Virus record (IMG/VR): IMGVR_UViG_3300029928_000003
Length of the DNA stretch: 64,000 nucleotides
Direction: 5' to 3' (one strand)
From: a virus
Lineage: Duplodnaviria; Caudoviricetes
A program made the translations under genes and the position numbers. Below, piece after piece: positions 17,777 to 27,988 of this stretch. Positions within the stretch are counted from its first letter, which is position 1, and each line of letters opens with the position of its first letter. The notes under the pieces are model-generated. The model was given only the letters and a program-made list of their open reading frames with translations, was not told the origin of the DNA and did not search any database.

Positions 17777-18081
17777 TGAATACAGTACATAAAGCAAGAT
17801 TAGAATCTTTTTATAAAGATTGGTCAGGATATGTAAATTATGTATTTAGAATATATCCTATTTCAGGCCCGCCTAGATTATTATCTTGTTCAAAATGCCC
17901 TAATTGGAATACACCTCCTATTAAAATAGGTTCCTGGGGATATGTAGAATATAAAGAGGTAAAAGCAGGAGAAGATACATGGTGGGATGGTAAAAGTAAT
18001 ATCGCATATCGTTATGATAATGTATATTTCATTAAATTTGTCCCACTTAAACCAAAAATTGAAAAAGAATTTATAACATAA
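17776..18081 (+). CDS. hypothetical protein (possible OB fold)
   Basis: 101 aa, beta-rich. Confidence 0.7.
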   Translation: MNTVHKARLESFYKDWSGYVNYVFRIYPISGPPRLLSCSKCPNWNTPPIKIGSWGYVEYKEVKAGEDTWWDGKSNIAYRYDNVYFIKFVPLKPKIEKEFIT

Positions 18082-18947
18082 TGTCTATAATTAAAGAAAA
18101 ATTAACAGAAGCTATTGAAGCTAAGAAAAACGATATTAATTCTTATATTTGGAAATTTGCTCGTAATAAGGACAAGGTGCAACCAGAAATTAAATTAATG
18201 GATGCAACCCCAGAACAATTACAGTATTTCTATAAACATTGTAAATCAATGCTTTATAATACTGATAAATTTAATATTGGAAGATATCCTTTACTTGATT
18301 TGATTAAAGAGCAAAGAGATAAATGTAATATTGAATTATTTATTCGTAAAGTTGAACTTGGAAGTATTAGTGCTGATGGACAAGGCTATTCTAAGGTAAT
18401 GTATTGTCAGAATCTATTAGAATTTAAGAGAAAGAACTATAAGTATTTTATGGATCATGATTTTGATTCTTCTCCTATTAGTCTTGTAGTAGGTAAACTT
18501 CCTAGAGAATTTGAAGATATTACTATTGGTTCAGTAATTAAAGCATGTCTTGGTCAACTTGGGGTATTCTCTACCCGTCATATTACAACTAGCTTTATTC
18601 TTTCTATAGGCGTTTTCTTGACACCTAAAGAATTACAAGAATGTAATGAATATGATGAAAACGGTAAGAAGATAAGTAAGTTAACTGTTCTTAAAAAGAA
18701 GTTAGGTCTTAAACAATCTTATAGTATTAATGTTAAGAGTGGTGGTCTTACTTTATCGCAACTAAGAGCAATGCTTAATTTAAGAACTAAAAATTATTCA
18801 GAACTTAGTACTGAGCAACTGACCACTCTAAGAGATAAAGTATTATTTCATTTAGAGAAAGAGGTGCTTTCTCATGTAGATCAATGGGAAAATAAGCTTA
18901 AAGAAATTGAAAAAGTGGCTGAAGTACGTAATATTACTTTAGAGTAA
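18081..18947 (+). CDS. conserved hypothetical protein
   Basis: 288-aa ORF upstream of the helicase. Confidence 0.8.
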   Translation: MSIIKEKLTEAIEAKKNDINSYIWKFARNKDKVQPEIKLMDATPEQLQYFYKHCKSMLYNTDKFNIGRYPLLDLIKEQRDKCNIELFIRKVELGSISADGQGYSKVMYCQNLLEFKRKNYKYFMDHDFDSSPISLVVGKLPREFEDITIGSVIKACLGQLGVFSTRHITTSFILSIGVFLTPKELQECNEYDENGKKISKLTVLKKKLGLKQSYSINVKSGGLTLSQLRAMLNLRTKNYSELSTEQLTTLRDKVLFHLEKEVLSHVDQWENKLKEIEKVAEVRNITLE

Positions 18948-18948
18948 A

Positions 18949-20217
18949 ATGTTTTTTAAAACTAGAGATGAAAGACAAGAAGAAGCTAGGATAAAATGGA
19001 TTAAGAATAAGTGTAGGGGTTGTCTTGTAATGCCAACTGGGACAGGTAAGACATTTACAGCTATAAAGGCAATTAAATCAATAATTACTAAATATCCTAA
19101 AATAAGATTTTTAGTAATTGTACCTACAGATAATTTAAAAATTCAATGGGAGCAATATTTTGATAATAATGGATTATCTCTTAACGGGGAAGCAGTAGTA
19201 GTAAATACTGCTATTAAACATCACTATGTAACTGATATTTTAGTTATAGATGAATGCCACCGTATGAATTCTTTAACTTTTAGAGATATATTTAAAACTA
19301 TTCAATATAAATACATCTTGGGGCTTACAGCTACTTATGAAAGATTGGATAATCTACATAAAGAAGTTATGGAAAAATACTGTCCTGTAATCGATAAGAT
19401 TACTACAGAAGAAGCTCAATTGAATAACTGGATTTCTCCTTTTAAAGAATATCAAGTAATAGTAGATGTAGATAATATTGAAGAATATAGAGAATATAAC
19501 AAATCTTTTATTGCTTCCTTTGAATTCTTTAACTTTGATTGGAATTTAGCAATGTCAATGGTAGGTAAAGTAGGGTACAAATCTAGACTTACTTATCGTG
19601 ATATATTATGCAAAAATGGAACTTTAGAACAAAAGAAAGAAACTCTAAAAAATATAACTTATCATGCAATGAATTTTATGAGAATGATTCAAAAGCGTAA
19701 AGCTTTTATTAATAATCATCCTAAAAAAATAGAAATTGCACGTAAGATTATAGAAGCTCGTTCTAATTCCAAGATTATTACTTTTTCTAATAACATTAAA
19801 ATGGCCGAAGCTATTGGTATGGGAGGTCAAGTTTATACAGGAAAAGATAGTAAAAAGAAAGCTAGAGCTAATTTAGAAGAATTCAATCGAGCTAAAACTG
19901 GGATAATACATTCAGTAGCTAAACTTGATGAAGGAGCAGATATAAAAGGTTTAAGTGTTGCCATAATATTAGGTTTAAATTCATCTGAAATTAAATCTAC
20001 TCAAAGGAGGGGTAGATGTATCCGTTTTGAAGAAGGCAAAACTGCTGAAATCTTTAATATTATTATTAACGATACTGTAGAAAGTAAGTGGTTTGCTTCA
20101 TCTCATAAGAATTCTACTTATATTACAGTAGATGAACAAGGCCTAGACGATATCCTTAATGGAAGAGAACCTAAACCGTACGTTAAACCAATTAAAGATT
20201 ATCAATTTAGATTTTAA
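18949..20217 (+). CDS. superfamily 2 (DExH) helicase
   Basis: PTGTGKT, DECH, LTAT, LDEGADI, QRRGRCIR. Confidence 0.95.
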   Translation: MFFKTRDERQEEARIKWIKNKCRGCLVMPTGTGKTFTAIKAIKSIITKYPKIRFLVIVPTDNLKIQWEQYFDNNGLSLNGEAVVVNTAIKHHYVTDILVIDECHRMNSLTFRDIFKTIQYKYILGLTATYERLDNLHKEVMEKYCPVIDKITTEEAQLNNWISPFKEYQVIVDVDNIEEYREYNKSFIASFEFFNFDWNLAMSMVGKVGYKSRLTYRDILCKNGTLEQKKETLKNITYHAMNFMRMIQKRKAFINNHPKKIEIARKIIEARSNSKIITFSNNIKMAEAIGMGGQVYTGKDSKKKARANLEEFNRAKTGIIHSVAKLDEGADIKGLSVAIILGLNSSEIKSTQRRGRCIRFEEGKTAEIFNIIINDTVESKWFASSHKNSTYITVDEQGLDDILNGREPKPYVKPIKDYQFRF

Positions 20218-20300
20218 GATGTAATTCGTACATAATAAATACAATCTTAATAGATTATACATTATTATGGTTTAAAATAATTATTAATAATATTTTAAAC

Positions 20301-20921
20301 TTGAAATTAAGTACGACTAAATTAGAAAGAGAGATAGCTTTTATGGAAAGATATAACTTAGATGCTAATGCATTACTTTTTATAAAGGCTTTATTAATAT
20401 TACAAGATGAAAAAGATGAACAAATATTTATAGATATTCTTGAATTATTTCACCAATTAGATAAATCTATAGAAGATTTATTTAAATATTTGAAAGATAA
20501 GGAAATAATACTTAAAAGTTTTAAAACGCCTAAAACTGGAGAATCTTTTAATCCATATACTATCCCACTTAATAAAAACTTTTTAAAGACTTACTATAAA
20601 GCTTCTTTTAAACTTGGTCAAGAGTTATTTGAGGAATATCCTAAGTTTGCTATTATACAAGGTAATATGGTATCTTTAAGAGGAGTTGCAAAGAAGTTTG
20701 ACTCTCTAGAAGATGCTTATAAAGCATATAGTAGAAAAATAGGTAATAATCCAGAAACTCATAACCATATAATAGAGTTAATTAAGTGGGCTAAAGAACA
20801 TAACATTTTAAATTGTACATTAGCTACTTTTATAGTTGATGAAAAATGGAATGATTTAGATGCTATGAAGAATGGAGATAATGATTCTATTATTAATTAT
20901 GATGCAGTTAAACTTATATGA
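20301..20921 (+). CDS. hypothetical replication-associated protein
   Basis: 206 aa, translationally coupled to dnaB. Confidence 0.7.
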   Translation: MKLSTTKLEREIAFMERYNLDANALLFIKALLILQDEKDEQIFIDILELFHQLDKSIEDLFKYLKDKEIILKSFKTPKTGESFNPYTIPLNKNFLKTYYKASFKLGQELFEEYPKFAIIQGNMVSLRGVAKKFDSLEDAYKAYSRKIGNNPETHNHIIELIKWAKEHNILNCTLATFIVDEKWNDLDAMKNGDNDSIINYDAVKLI

Positions 20922-22015
20922 TTGCAGAATCCTTATTACATCAAATTGAATCTGGACGAGAAGGTAAACAATGGGGATATTCTATGGGCCTTCCTAAATT
21001 GGAAGGAATTATTGATGGAGTATCTCGTGGAGTATATACTTTAGTATTTAGTCCAACTGGAAGTGGAAAAAGTTCGCTAGCATTATATTCCTATGTTTAT
21101 TGTCCTTTAAGAGATCATTTAGACGACGGGAACTTTAAAGTAAGTTATTTTTCCTTAGAAATGTCTAGTGAGATGATTTATGCCAAACTATTAAGTATGT
21201 ATATATTTGAGAAATATGGTAAGGAATTATCTCCTAAAGAATTATTATCTAGAAAAAAGAATTATACGCTGTCTGATGAAAACTATCAAATAGTTAAAGA
21301 TTGTATGCCCTGGCTTGAAAAGGTTGAGAAAGTAGTACTCATCCATGATAAATCTTTAAATGCAAATAGTTTATATACTATTTTAATGAAAGAATTAGAA
21401 AAGGATGGTCATTTTAAAGAACTAGAACACAGAAAAGTATACTATCCTAATAATGAGCAATTAACTCACTTAGTAGTTATTGATCATTTAAGTTTAGTAA
21501 GACGTTCTGAAGGTCGTTCTTTAAAAGAAGAAATGGATTTAATATCTTCATATTTAGTTACATTACGTAATATATGTAAGATAAGTCCGTTAGTAATTAT
21601 GCAAGCAAATCGTAATTCTACTTCAATGGACCGTAGACGAGAGGGATTAAACAATCTTAGAATAGATGATACAAAAGATACTGGAGCACCAGCCCAAGAC
21701 AGTGAAATAATTATATCAATTTTTAATCCATTTAGAGAAAAACTTAATACTTATCGTGGTTATGATATTAAAAGATTAGAAAGTAGATTCAGGTCTATTA
21801 CTGTATTAAAGAATAGATATGGTGAAGCAGATATAGAAGTAGGATGTGCTTTTTATGGTGCAGTATCTGTATTTGCGGAACTTCCTAAACCAGATGAAAT
21901 ATATGATTATGGTAAGTATGAAACTTCTCAATGGATATTAGAAGATAATAAAGATGATATTAAAGAGAAAAAAGATACTAATAACAATATTCAAAATACT
22001 AAATTTTTATTATAA
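20918..22015 (+). CDS. dnaB: replicative DnaB-like helicase
   Basis: SPTGSGKS, FSLEM, VIDHL, QANR, QDS, LKNRYG. Confidence 0.92.
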   Translation: MIAESLLHQIESGREGKQWGYSMGLPKLEGIIDGVSRGVYTLVFSPTGSGKSSLALYSYVYCPLRDHLDDGNFKVSYFSLEMSSEMIYAKLLSMYIFEKYGKELSPKELLSRKKNYTLSDENYQIVKDCMPWLEKVEKVVLIHDKSLNANSLYTILMKELEKDGHFKELEHRKVYYPNNEQLTHLVVIDHLSLVRRSEGRSLKEEMDLISSYLVTLRNICKISPLVIMQANRNSTSMDRRREGLNNLRIDDTKDTGAPAQDSEIIISIFNPFREKLNTYRGYDIKRLESRFRSITVLKNRYGEADIEVGCAFYGAVSVFAELPKPDEIYDYGKYETSQWILEDNKDDIKEKKDTNNNIQNTKFLL

Positions 22016-24294
22016 TGGCTGAATTAATTGCAATTGTAGGAGAGAGTGGTCTTTAAGGAATTTTAACATTTTTATTTTGCCATAAATCAAATATTTTTAT
22101 TATATTTGTATTATAATCATAATATAATACAAGTATGAAAAGAACTTATAAAATTTTAACGAAATTACACAAAAAACCTGGAATTTATATTATTTCTTGC
22201 ACAGAGACCGATAAAGTATATATTGGGGAAAATTTAGATATTGATGCACGATAGGTTATGAAAGATGATACCGCAGGCCACTTTAACAAATCCGTTTAAA
22301 ATTGGGAAGCCTCGATTCAAATTATTGTGAAATAATTGAGGTAATCAATTACGAACTATATGAATAGCATAAAAGTAATATAGACGTTTAACGACTAGCA
22401 GATAGATAGCTAAATTAATTCTGCCACGAAATACGGACATTTTATAAATTGTATGTGAATATAAAATATAAAGTGAAGAGATAGTCTAATCTACATATTA
22501 ATGAATATAAATTGTAGAGTGTAAGATAAAGAGCTTACAGTTAATACAGTATGAGCGGAAAAACAACAAGTATTAGGAATTTGAATCCTAAAGAAACTTT
22601 TATTATTTCTACTACTGGTAAAAGACCTGGAATTAGGGGAGCTAAAAAATTATACCCTTCTGTAGAATTAACTAAAGATTCATTTAAAGGTAACTTTTAT
22701 GAAACCTCTAATGTTGATAATATAGGAAAGATGATGGCATTAGTTTCTAGTAAAAGACCTGAAATAAAAGTTATTATTGTTGATGATTAATAAAAGCCAC
22801 AAAATATTTTGAAAAGTCATAATATATTATATTTAATGTAATAAAAATATATAAATATAATGATATGAATAAAAAATATAATGACTTTGAAATTATTGAA
22901 TTACATTCAAAAGGTTTAACAGATAAAGAAATTGCAGAAATTTTAGGAGTAAATCCTAATAATTTAGCAAGAAAAAGAAATAGATTAGGTTTAAAACCTA
23001 ATAAAAATATCAGAGAAACTTATATATTAACTAAAGAAGAGTTAGAAATCATTTGTGGTACTCTTTTAGGAGATTCTACAATTAGATATGTTCATAAAGG
23101 ATGTAAATTTCCAAATTTAACTTTTACATATGGATTAAATCAGAGAGAATATTTTGATTTTTTATCTAATAAATTAGTTAATTTAAAATCATCAGTTAAA
23201 GAATACGATTCTAAATATATAAGAACTAACAGAGAAATTGCTAAAAGATTAGTATTTACTGGAAAGAACATGAAATGTTTAGTAGATATATATAATTCTT
23301 TTTATCCAGATAATAAAAAGATAATTCCTATGGCATTTGTAGAAAAATATTTTACAAAAAGGAGTTTATATTATTTATTTATGGATGATGGAAGTTATGA
23401 TGTTTCTAAAAATAGTTATATAATAAACACGCAATGTTTTTCATACGAAAATCTTCAAGAATTTGTTAGTTTTTTATTTAAAAAATTTAATTTAGAATTT
23501 AATATAAAAACTGATAGAAGTTTATATTTAAAACATGTTTCTAATGATATTATGTATAAAATTTTATCTGATAATAATGAATGTGATTCTATGAAATATA
23601 AATATGGTGATAGTCATCATAAAACTCCGTTAAACAAGGAAACTCCTGAAAAGGACAATCTTGTGCTAAACCCTCAAGAAATTGAGGAAAAAGCTAAACG
23701 ACTAGAAGTGATGCCTAACGAGAAAGACGGGGCTATAAAATCTTCCACGAAAGCGGGGCACTGTTCAAAGTAAAATTCGTGAGAATATGAAATGAATTAA
23801 AGATATAGTCTGAACTATACATATAAATAAAAGTATAGAATTGGAAGATAAAGAGCTTCCAAGATAACAAATTGTATCAATATATACAAGCATTTGAATC
23901 AATGGATCGAGTAGACGAGAAAGGGTTCTCAAAGTTTACTGATATGGCGAAACATGCCTATGAAGTTTTAAAGAAAGGAAAGAGTCTAAGGGATGATCTT
24001 TATGTATGTATTTTAACGCATAGTGAAAATATAGGAGATAATATTAATCCTTATTATAAGATTAAGACATTAGGCAAACTCCTAGATTCAGTAATTACTT
24101 TAGAGGGATTGTTCACGTATGTATTATTTACAAAAATTATAAAAGATCCAACTACTGATAAAATTATGTATAAGTTTATAACTAATTCGGATGGAACTTG
24201 TACTGCTAAAACTCCAATTGGTTTATTTGAAGACAATCTAATTGATAATGATCTTGATTTTGTTATTAAAAAGATAAAGGAATATAATGAGTAA
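22015..24294 (+). CDS. AAA ATPase (Sak4/AAA_24-like), 3 exons: 22015-22050, 22554-22787, 23875-24294 (229 aa)
   Basis: Splicing restores Walker A GESG|SGKT and Walker B IIVDD|YQY. Confidence 0.9.
22076..22108 (+). promoter_or_regulatory. intron-internal Bacteroidota-type promoter
   Basis: TTTG-N21-TATATTTG upstream of the endonuclease remnant. Confidence 0.65.
22135..22299 (+). pseudogene. truncated GIY-YIG homing endonuclease in intron 1
   Basis: PGIYIISCTETDKVYIGE then TAG at 22252 and TAA at 22297. Confidence 0.8.
22788..23874 (+). mobile_element. group I intron 2 (in Walker B)
   Basis: GAU|...G boundaries; P7 GACTA (23700) / TAGTC; 3' AAGATAAAGAGCTT element shared with intron 1. Confidence 0.9.
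22865..23773 (+). CDS. intron-encoded LAGLIDADG homing endonuclease with N-terminal HTH
   Basis: ICGTLLGDS and LYYLFMDDGS; GLTDKEIAEILG. Confidence 0.9.
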   Translation: MNKKYNDFEIIELHSKGLTDKEIAEILGVNPNNLARKRNRLGLKPNKNIRETYILTKEELEIICGTLLGDSTIRYVHKGCKFPNLTFTYGLNQREYFDFLSNKLVNLKSSVKEYDSKYIRTNREIAKRLVFTGKNMKCLVDIYNSFYPDNKKIIPMAFVEKYFTKRSLYYLFMDDGSYDVSKNSYIINTQCFSYENLQEFVSFLFKKFNLEFNIKTDRSLYLKHVSNDIMYKILSDNNECDSMKYKYGDSHHKTPLNKETPEKDNLVLNPQEIEEKAKRLEVMPNEKDGAIKSSTKAGHCSK

Positions 24295-24841
24295 TTACAT
24301 GTTTGAAGAATTTACAATTGCTTTAAAGTATCAAGTTAAAGTAGATACTGATACAGGTGAAATGACTACTAAATGTATTAGTAGAAAGATTGATAAAAGT
24401 AATTTTAAAGTTTCTGAAAGTAAAGTTAATGAGAGTTCAGAACCTCAATTAACACTGGAAGAAAATAAGTATCGTCTAAATAATGCTGCAATTAAATTAA
24501 TGAATTTAAAAGCAGATGATAGACTGGAAATTAAATATGAAAAGCAAGGTAATATTATAAGTCCTATTATAGGTACTGCTGAAGCTTTTCATATTTCTGG
24601 AGGTAATAGGCTTACTAAGTCTAATACTGTGGCATTTCGTGGGATTAAGAATAAAGAGCTGTCTGAATATGGAACAATTTTTACTATTACTCCATATAAA
24701 GATGGCTTATTTAGTTTAAAAGGAGATAAAGAAATAGTAGAACAGCAAGGTGATGAAAACATTGTAGAACCCGATGTTAATGACTTTGCAGATTTAGTAG
24801 ATAATACCGAAGAGGTAGATTCATCATTTTTTCAACTTTAA
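24287..24841 (+). CDS. hypothetical protein with acidic tail
   Basis: 184-aa ORF. Confidence 0.75.
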   Translation: MSNYMFEEFTIALKYQVKVDTDTGEMTTKCISRKIDKSNFKVSESKVNESSEPQLTLEENKYRLNNAAIKLMNLKADDRLEIKYEKQGNIISPIIGTAEAFHISGGNRLTKSNTVAFRGIKNKELSEYGTIFTITPYKDGLFSLKGDKEIVEQQGDENIVEPDVNDFADLVDNTEEVDSSFFQL

Positions 24842-24858
24842 AATAAAATAATTTAATT

Positions 24859-25551
24859 ATGGAAGGATTTAATTTCTCAAGTTTCGCAACAACTCAAGCA
24901 CTTTCTAGTAATCAACCTCAACTGAAGCCTTGGAACATTTATGATGTTAAGTTTAAAGGCGCGAGAATAGACAATGTACAAGGTAAAAAAGATCCAAATG
25001 CTACTTATACTATTCTTAAGGTAAGATTTGAAGGTAAAGAAGGTTATTATGAAGAATCTATTTTCTATCCTAAAGCTGGAGACGACAAGCGTCCTACTTA
25101 TACCAGTAAGGATGGTCATGAGTACGAAGGCGCATCTAGTCTAGATAGAACTATGACCTTTATTGCTCAAGTTGCAGAAGTTCTTAACCCAGAAGGATTT
25201 AAGAAAATGCAGCAAATGAGTAGCAAATTTAAGACTTTTGATGATGTAGCTAAGGCATTTATAACTATTACTAATCCTGTAAAGGATAAAGAAACTAAAC
25301 TTAAGTTAGTAGGTAGAAACCGTAATGGTAGTATCGTAGCGAGTCTTCCTAGATTTGTAGCAGTTAATAAGCAAGGAGAGCGATTTACTTGTGATAATTT
25401 CTTAGGAGATAGAGTATTCTTTTCTGCTTATGAAGAAGGTGAACGCAAGAAATATATGAGTGCCACTCCTACAAAAACAGAGGACTTAGTTATTAGTGTG
25501 GATGAGGCTCCTAAAGGATCTGAAGATATAAACTTCGATTCACTTCTATAA
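24859..25551 (+). CDS. putative single-stranded DNA-binding protein
   Basis: Between AAA ATPase and primase; beta-rich N-terminus; acidic tail EDINFDSLL. Confidence 0.55.
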   Translation: MEGFNFSSFATTQALSSNQPQLKPWNIYDVKFKGARIDNVQGKKDPNATYTILKVRFEGKEGYYEESIFYPKAGDDKRPTYTSKDGHEYEGASSLDRTMTFIAQVAEVLNPEGFKKMQQMSSKFKTFDDVAKAFITITNPVKDKETKLKLVGRNRNGSIVASLPRFVAVNKQGERFTCDNFLGDRVFFSAYEEGERKKYMSATPTKTEDLVISVDEAPKGSEDINFDSLL

Positions 25552-25627
25552 TACATAATTCTTGGTTTTTATTGTAAAATTCAATAAAATTAAGATTTAA
25601 AAGTTTATGTTTATTATGTAATGAGAT

Positions 25628-26650
25628 ATGGATTTTCAATTTAAACCAAGATTATCTAAAGAATTAATTCTTTCTAAATATTCTGAGGAACAGATAATGT
25701 CCTTTTATTTAAAAGTGCCCATAAAGAAAGGATTATTTAGATCTCCCTTACGAGTAGATAAAGAGCCTACTTGTAGTATATATCGAAATAGTTCTGGTAC
25801 TTTATTATTTAAAGATTTTGCAACAGGGCAATGCTTGAATTGTTTTGGAATAGTTAGAGAAATGTTTAATTGTTCTTATATTGAAGCATTAAAGATTATT
25901 GCAAATGATTTCAATATAATTAAGGATACATCTATTCCTCAAAATATTGGAAAGATTAATACTAATTTAAATAAGATTAAAGGTAATGAAATAGCTAATA
26001 TACAAGTAGAAATACAAGATTTTACACATTATGAAATTAAATGGTGGAAGAAATATGGAATAACTTTAGAATTACTCAAAAAGTATAAAGTATTTTCTTG
26101 TAAATATGTTTTTCTTAATGGAAAAATAATTGCTGAATCAAGTCAAAGCTGTCCAATTTTTGGATATTATGGTGGAACTATTAAGAGAAATAAAAAGAAG
26201 ATAGAATTATGGAGATGTTATTTTCCTAAACGCGAATCTTATAGATTTATTACTAATTGGCCAAGTAAAAAGATTCAAGGTTTCGATCAAATAATTGGTA
26301 AAGGTAAATTATTAATAATTACTAAGAGTATGAAAGATTTATTGTGTTTTAGATCAATAGGATTAGAAGCTATTGCCCCTAATAGTGAAACGCAATTTCT
26401 AACTGATTCTGTACTTAATAATTTAAAACAAAACTATAAACATATTATAGTTTTATTTGATAATGATCAAACAGGTATTTCTTTTATGAATAAAATTAAA
26501 AAGAAACATCCAGAATTATTATATACTTGGATTCCTTTTAAATATAAAGCTAAAGATATTTCTGATTTCTATAAAAAGTATGGTAGAGATTTCACTATTA
26601 AAACAATTAAAGATTATATTATATGGCTAAAAAAAGTTAGAAAGATTTAA
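25628..26650 (+). CDS. DNA primase (TOPRIM)
   Basis: SPLR.D..PTC, FKDFATG, ITKSMKD, LFDNDQTG, KDISD. Confidence 0.88.
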   Translation: MDFQFKPRLSKELILSKYSEEQIMSFYLKVPIKKGLFRSPLRVDKEPTCSIYRNSSGTLLFKDFATGQCLNCFGIVREMFNCSYIEALKIIANDFNIIKDTSIPQNIGKINTNLNKIKGNEIANIQVEIQDFTHYEIKWWKKYGITLELLKKYKVFSCKYVFLNGKIIAESSQSCPIFGYYGGTIKRNKKKIELWRCYFPKRESYRFITNWPSKKIQGFDQIIGKGKLLIITKSMKDLLCFRSIGLEAIAPNSETQFLTDSVLNNLKQNYKHIIVLFDNDQTGISFMNKIKKKHPELLYTWIPFKYKAKDISDFYKKYGRDFTIKTIKDYIIWLKKVRKI

Positions 26651-27189
26651 ATACATCTTGTAAATGTACTTATAAAGATGGTACAACTCGAGAGTTTACA
26701 TCTATAGAAGAAGCTAGTTCAATTACTGGAATATCTATTCCCAGTATTAAGATTAGATGTAATAAACCTGGAACTTTAGGTAAAGATAAAACTGCTTTTG
26801 AATGGTTAGATAAAAAGACAGAACTTTACTATAGAGCAAAAAAGAGTCGTAATAAAGGATCAGCTTTAGAAAACGATGTAGTAAATAAACTTAAAGAACT
26901 AGGTTATGATGGAGTATGTCGATCTGCTGGAGAAAGTAAGCACTTAGATAATTCTAAAGTTGATATTGCTGATATTAATCATGAGCTTGAGGTAGCAATT
27001 CAATGCAAGCATTATGCTAATACCCCAAATTATTTCAAAATTAAAGATGAATGCACTGATAATAGAGATTTTGTTTTAATATGGAAGAAAAGTGCTGAAG
27101 CGGGTACTATCAGTAAAGGAACTGTTGCAATTATGGATGTGAACTTCTTTTATAAATTATTAGATACATATCATAAATGTAAAAAATGA
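26623..27189 (+). CDS. Holliday junction resolvase (Hjc-like PD-(D/E)xK) with N-terminal NUMOD1-like domain; TAG at codon 6
   Basis: ATG GCT AAA AAA AGT TAG then 182 open codons to TGA; FTSIEEAS, SRNKGSALE, KVDI, IQCK; absent from the ORF track. Confidence 0.85.
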
Positions 27190-27707
27190 AATTAGACATC
27201 TCAATGGACCTTGATGGATGTTTGTGTAACTTCTACGGTCCATATTTAGAACGTTTTGGTACGCCTAAGAAAGATACAGACATTACTTATAATGTTGCTA
27301 ATATTCTTAAATATGATAAAGAATTTTGGTTATCGTTACCTGTAATAAATAAACTTAATTGGTGTCCTAAACAATATACAACTGCGAGAATAATTAAAAA
27401 GAATTGGATTAAGGAATATTTGAAGATTAATGGATTTCCTAAAGCTCCAATTTATCAAATATTTGGTTATAGTTTAAGTAAGGCTAGTAAAATACGAATG
27501 GGAGGCTGTGATCTACATATAGATGATAGTCTTTCTGTGTTTATAGACCTAAATAAAAAAGGTATCCCATGTCTACTATTAGATTCCCCAAATAATCAAG
27601 ATTGGGGACCAATAGGCCGTATCTATTCATTAGATATAGATGAAATAGAGGATACTTATAATCTATTTATTAATACATTGTTTTCAAATTTTATTGATTT
27701 ATTATGA
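27186..27707 (+). CDS. HAD-superfamily 5'(3')-deoxyribonucleotidase-like protein
   Basis: DLDGCL, TAR, HIDDS. Confidence 0.8.
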   Translation: MKLDISMDLDGCLCNFYGPYLERFGTPKKDTDITYNVANILKYDKEFWLSLPVINKLNWCPKQYTTARIIKKNWIKEYLKINGFPKAPIYQIFGYSLSKASKIRMGGCDLHIDDSLSVFIDLNKKGIPCLLLDSPNNQDWGPIGRIYSLDIDEIEDTYNLFINTLFSNFIDLL

Positions 27708-27988
27708 ATAACGTAAAGAAATTAGTAATAAATGAACTTACTAAAGATACAATTACCATAGATTTAATTGATGAAAGATTTCCAGGAATTATTATTGCTT
27801 TGAAAGATAATAATCCAGTAGGATTTATTAGCTTTTATGAAGATTATGGTTGGGTATTACATAATAATGTAGGAGATAATATTCTTGATAATGCGGATGA
27901 AACTATATATTCACTTAGTAAAGCTATTCAAAATATAATAAAACAAAATTTAGCTAATAACTTTAAAGTAATAGAGTTTGAAGATTAA
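27704..27988 (+). CDS. hypothetical protein
   Basis: 94-aa ORF. Confidence 0.7.
   Translation: MNNVKKLVINELTKDTITIDLIDERFPGIIIALKDNNPVGFISFYEDYGWVLHNNVGDNILDNADETIYSLSKAIQNIIKQNLANNFKVIEFED

Larger units (their letters stand above)
22051..22553 (+). mobile_element. group I intron 1 (in Walker A)
   Basis: Exon ends in U, intron ends in G; P7 GACTA (22393) / TAGTC (22482); CCGT/ACGG P3. Confidence 0.9.
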
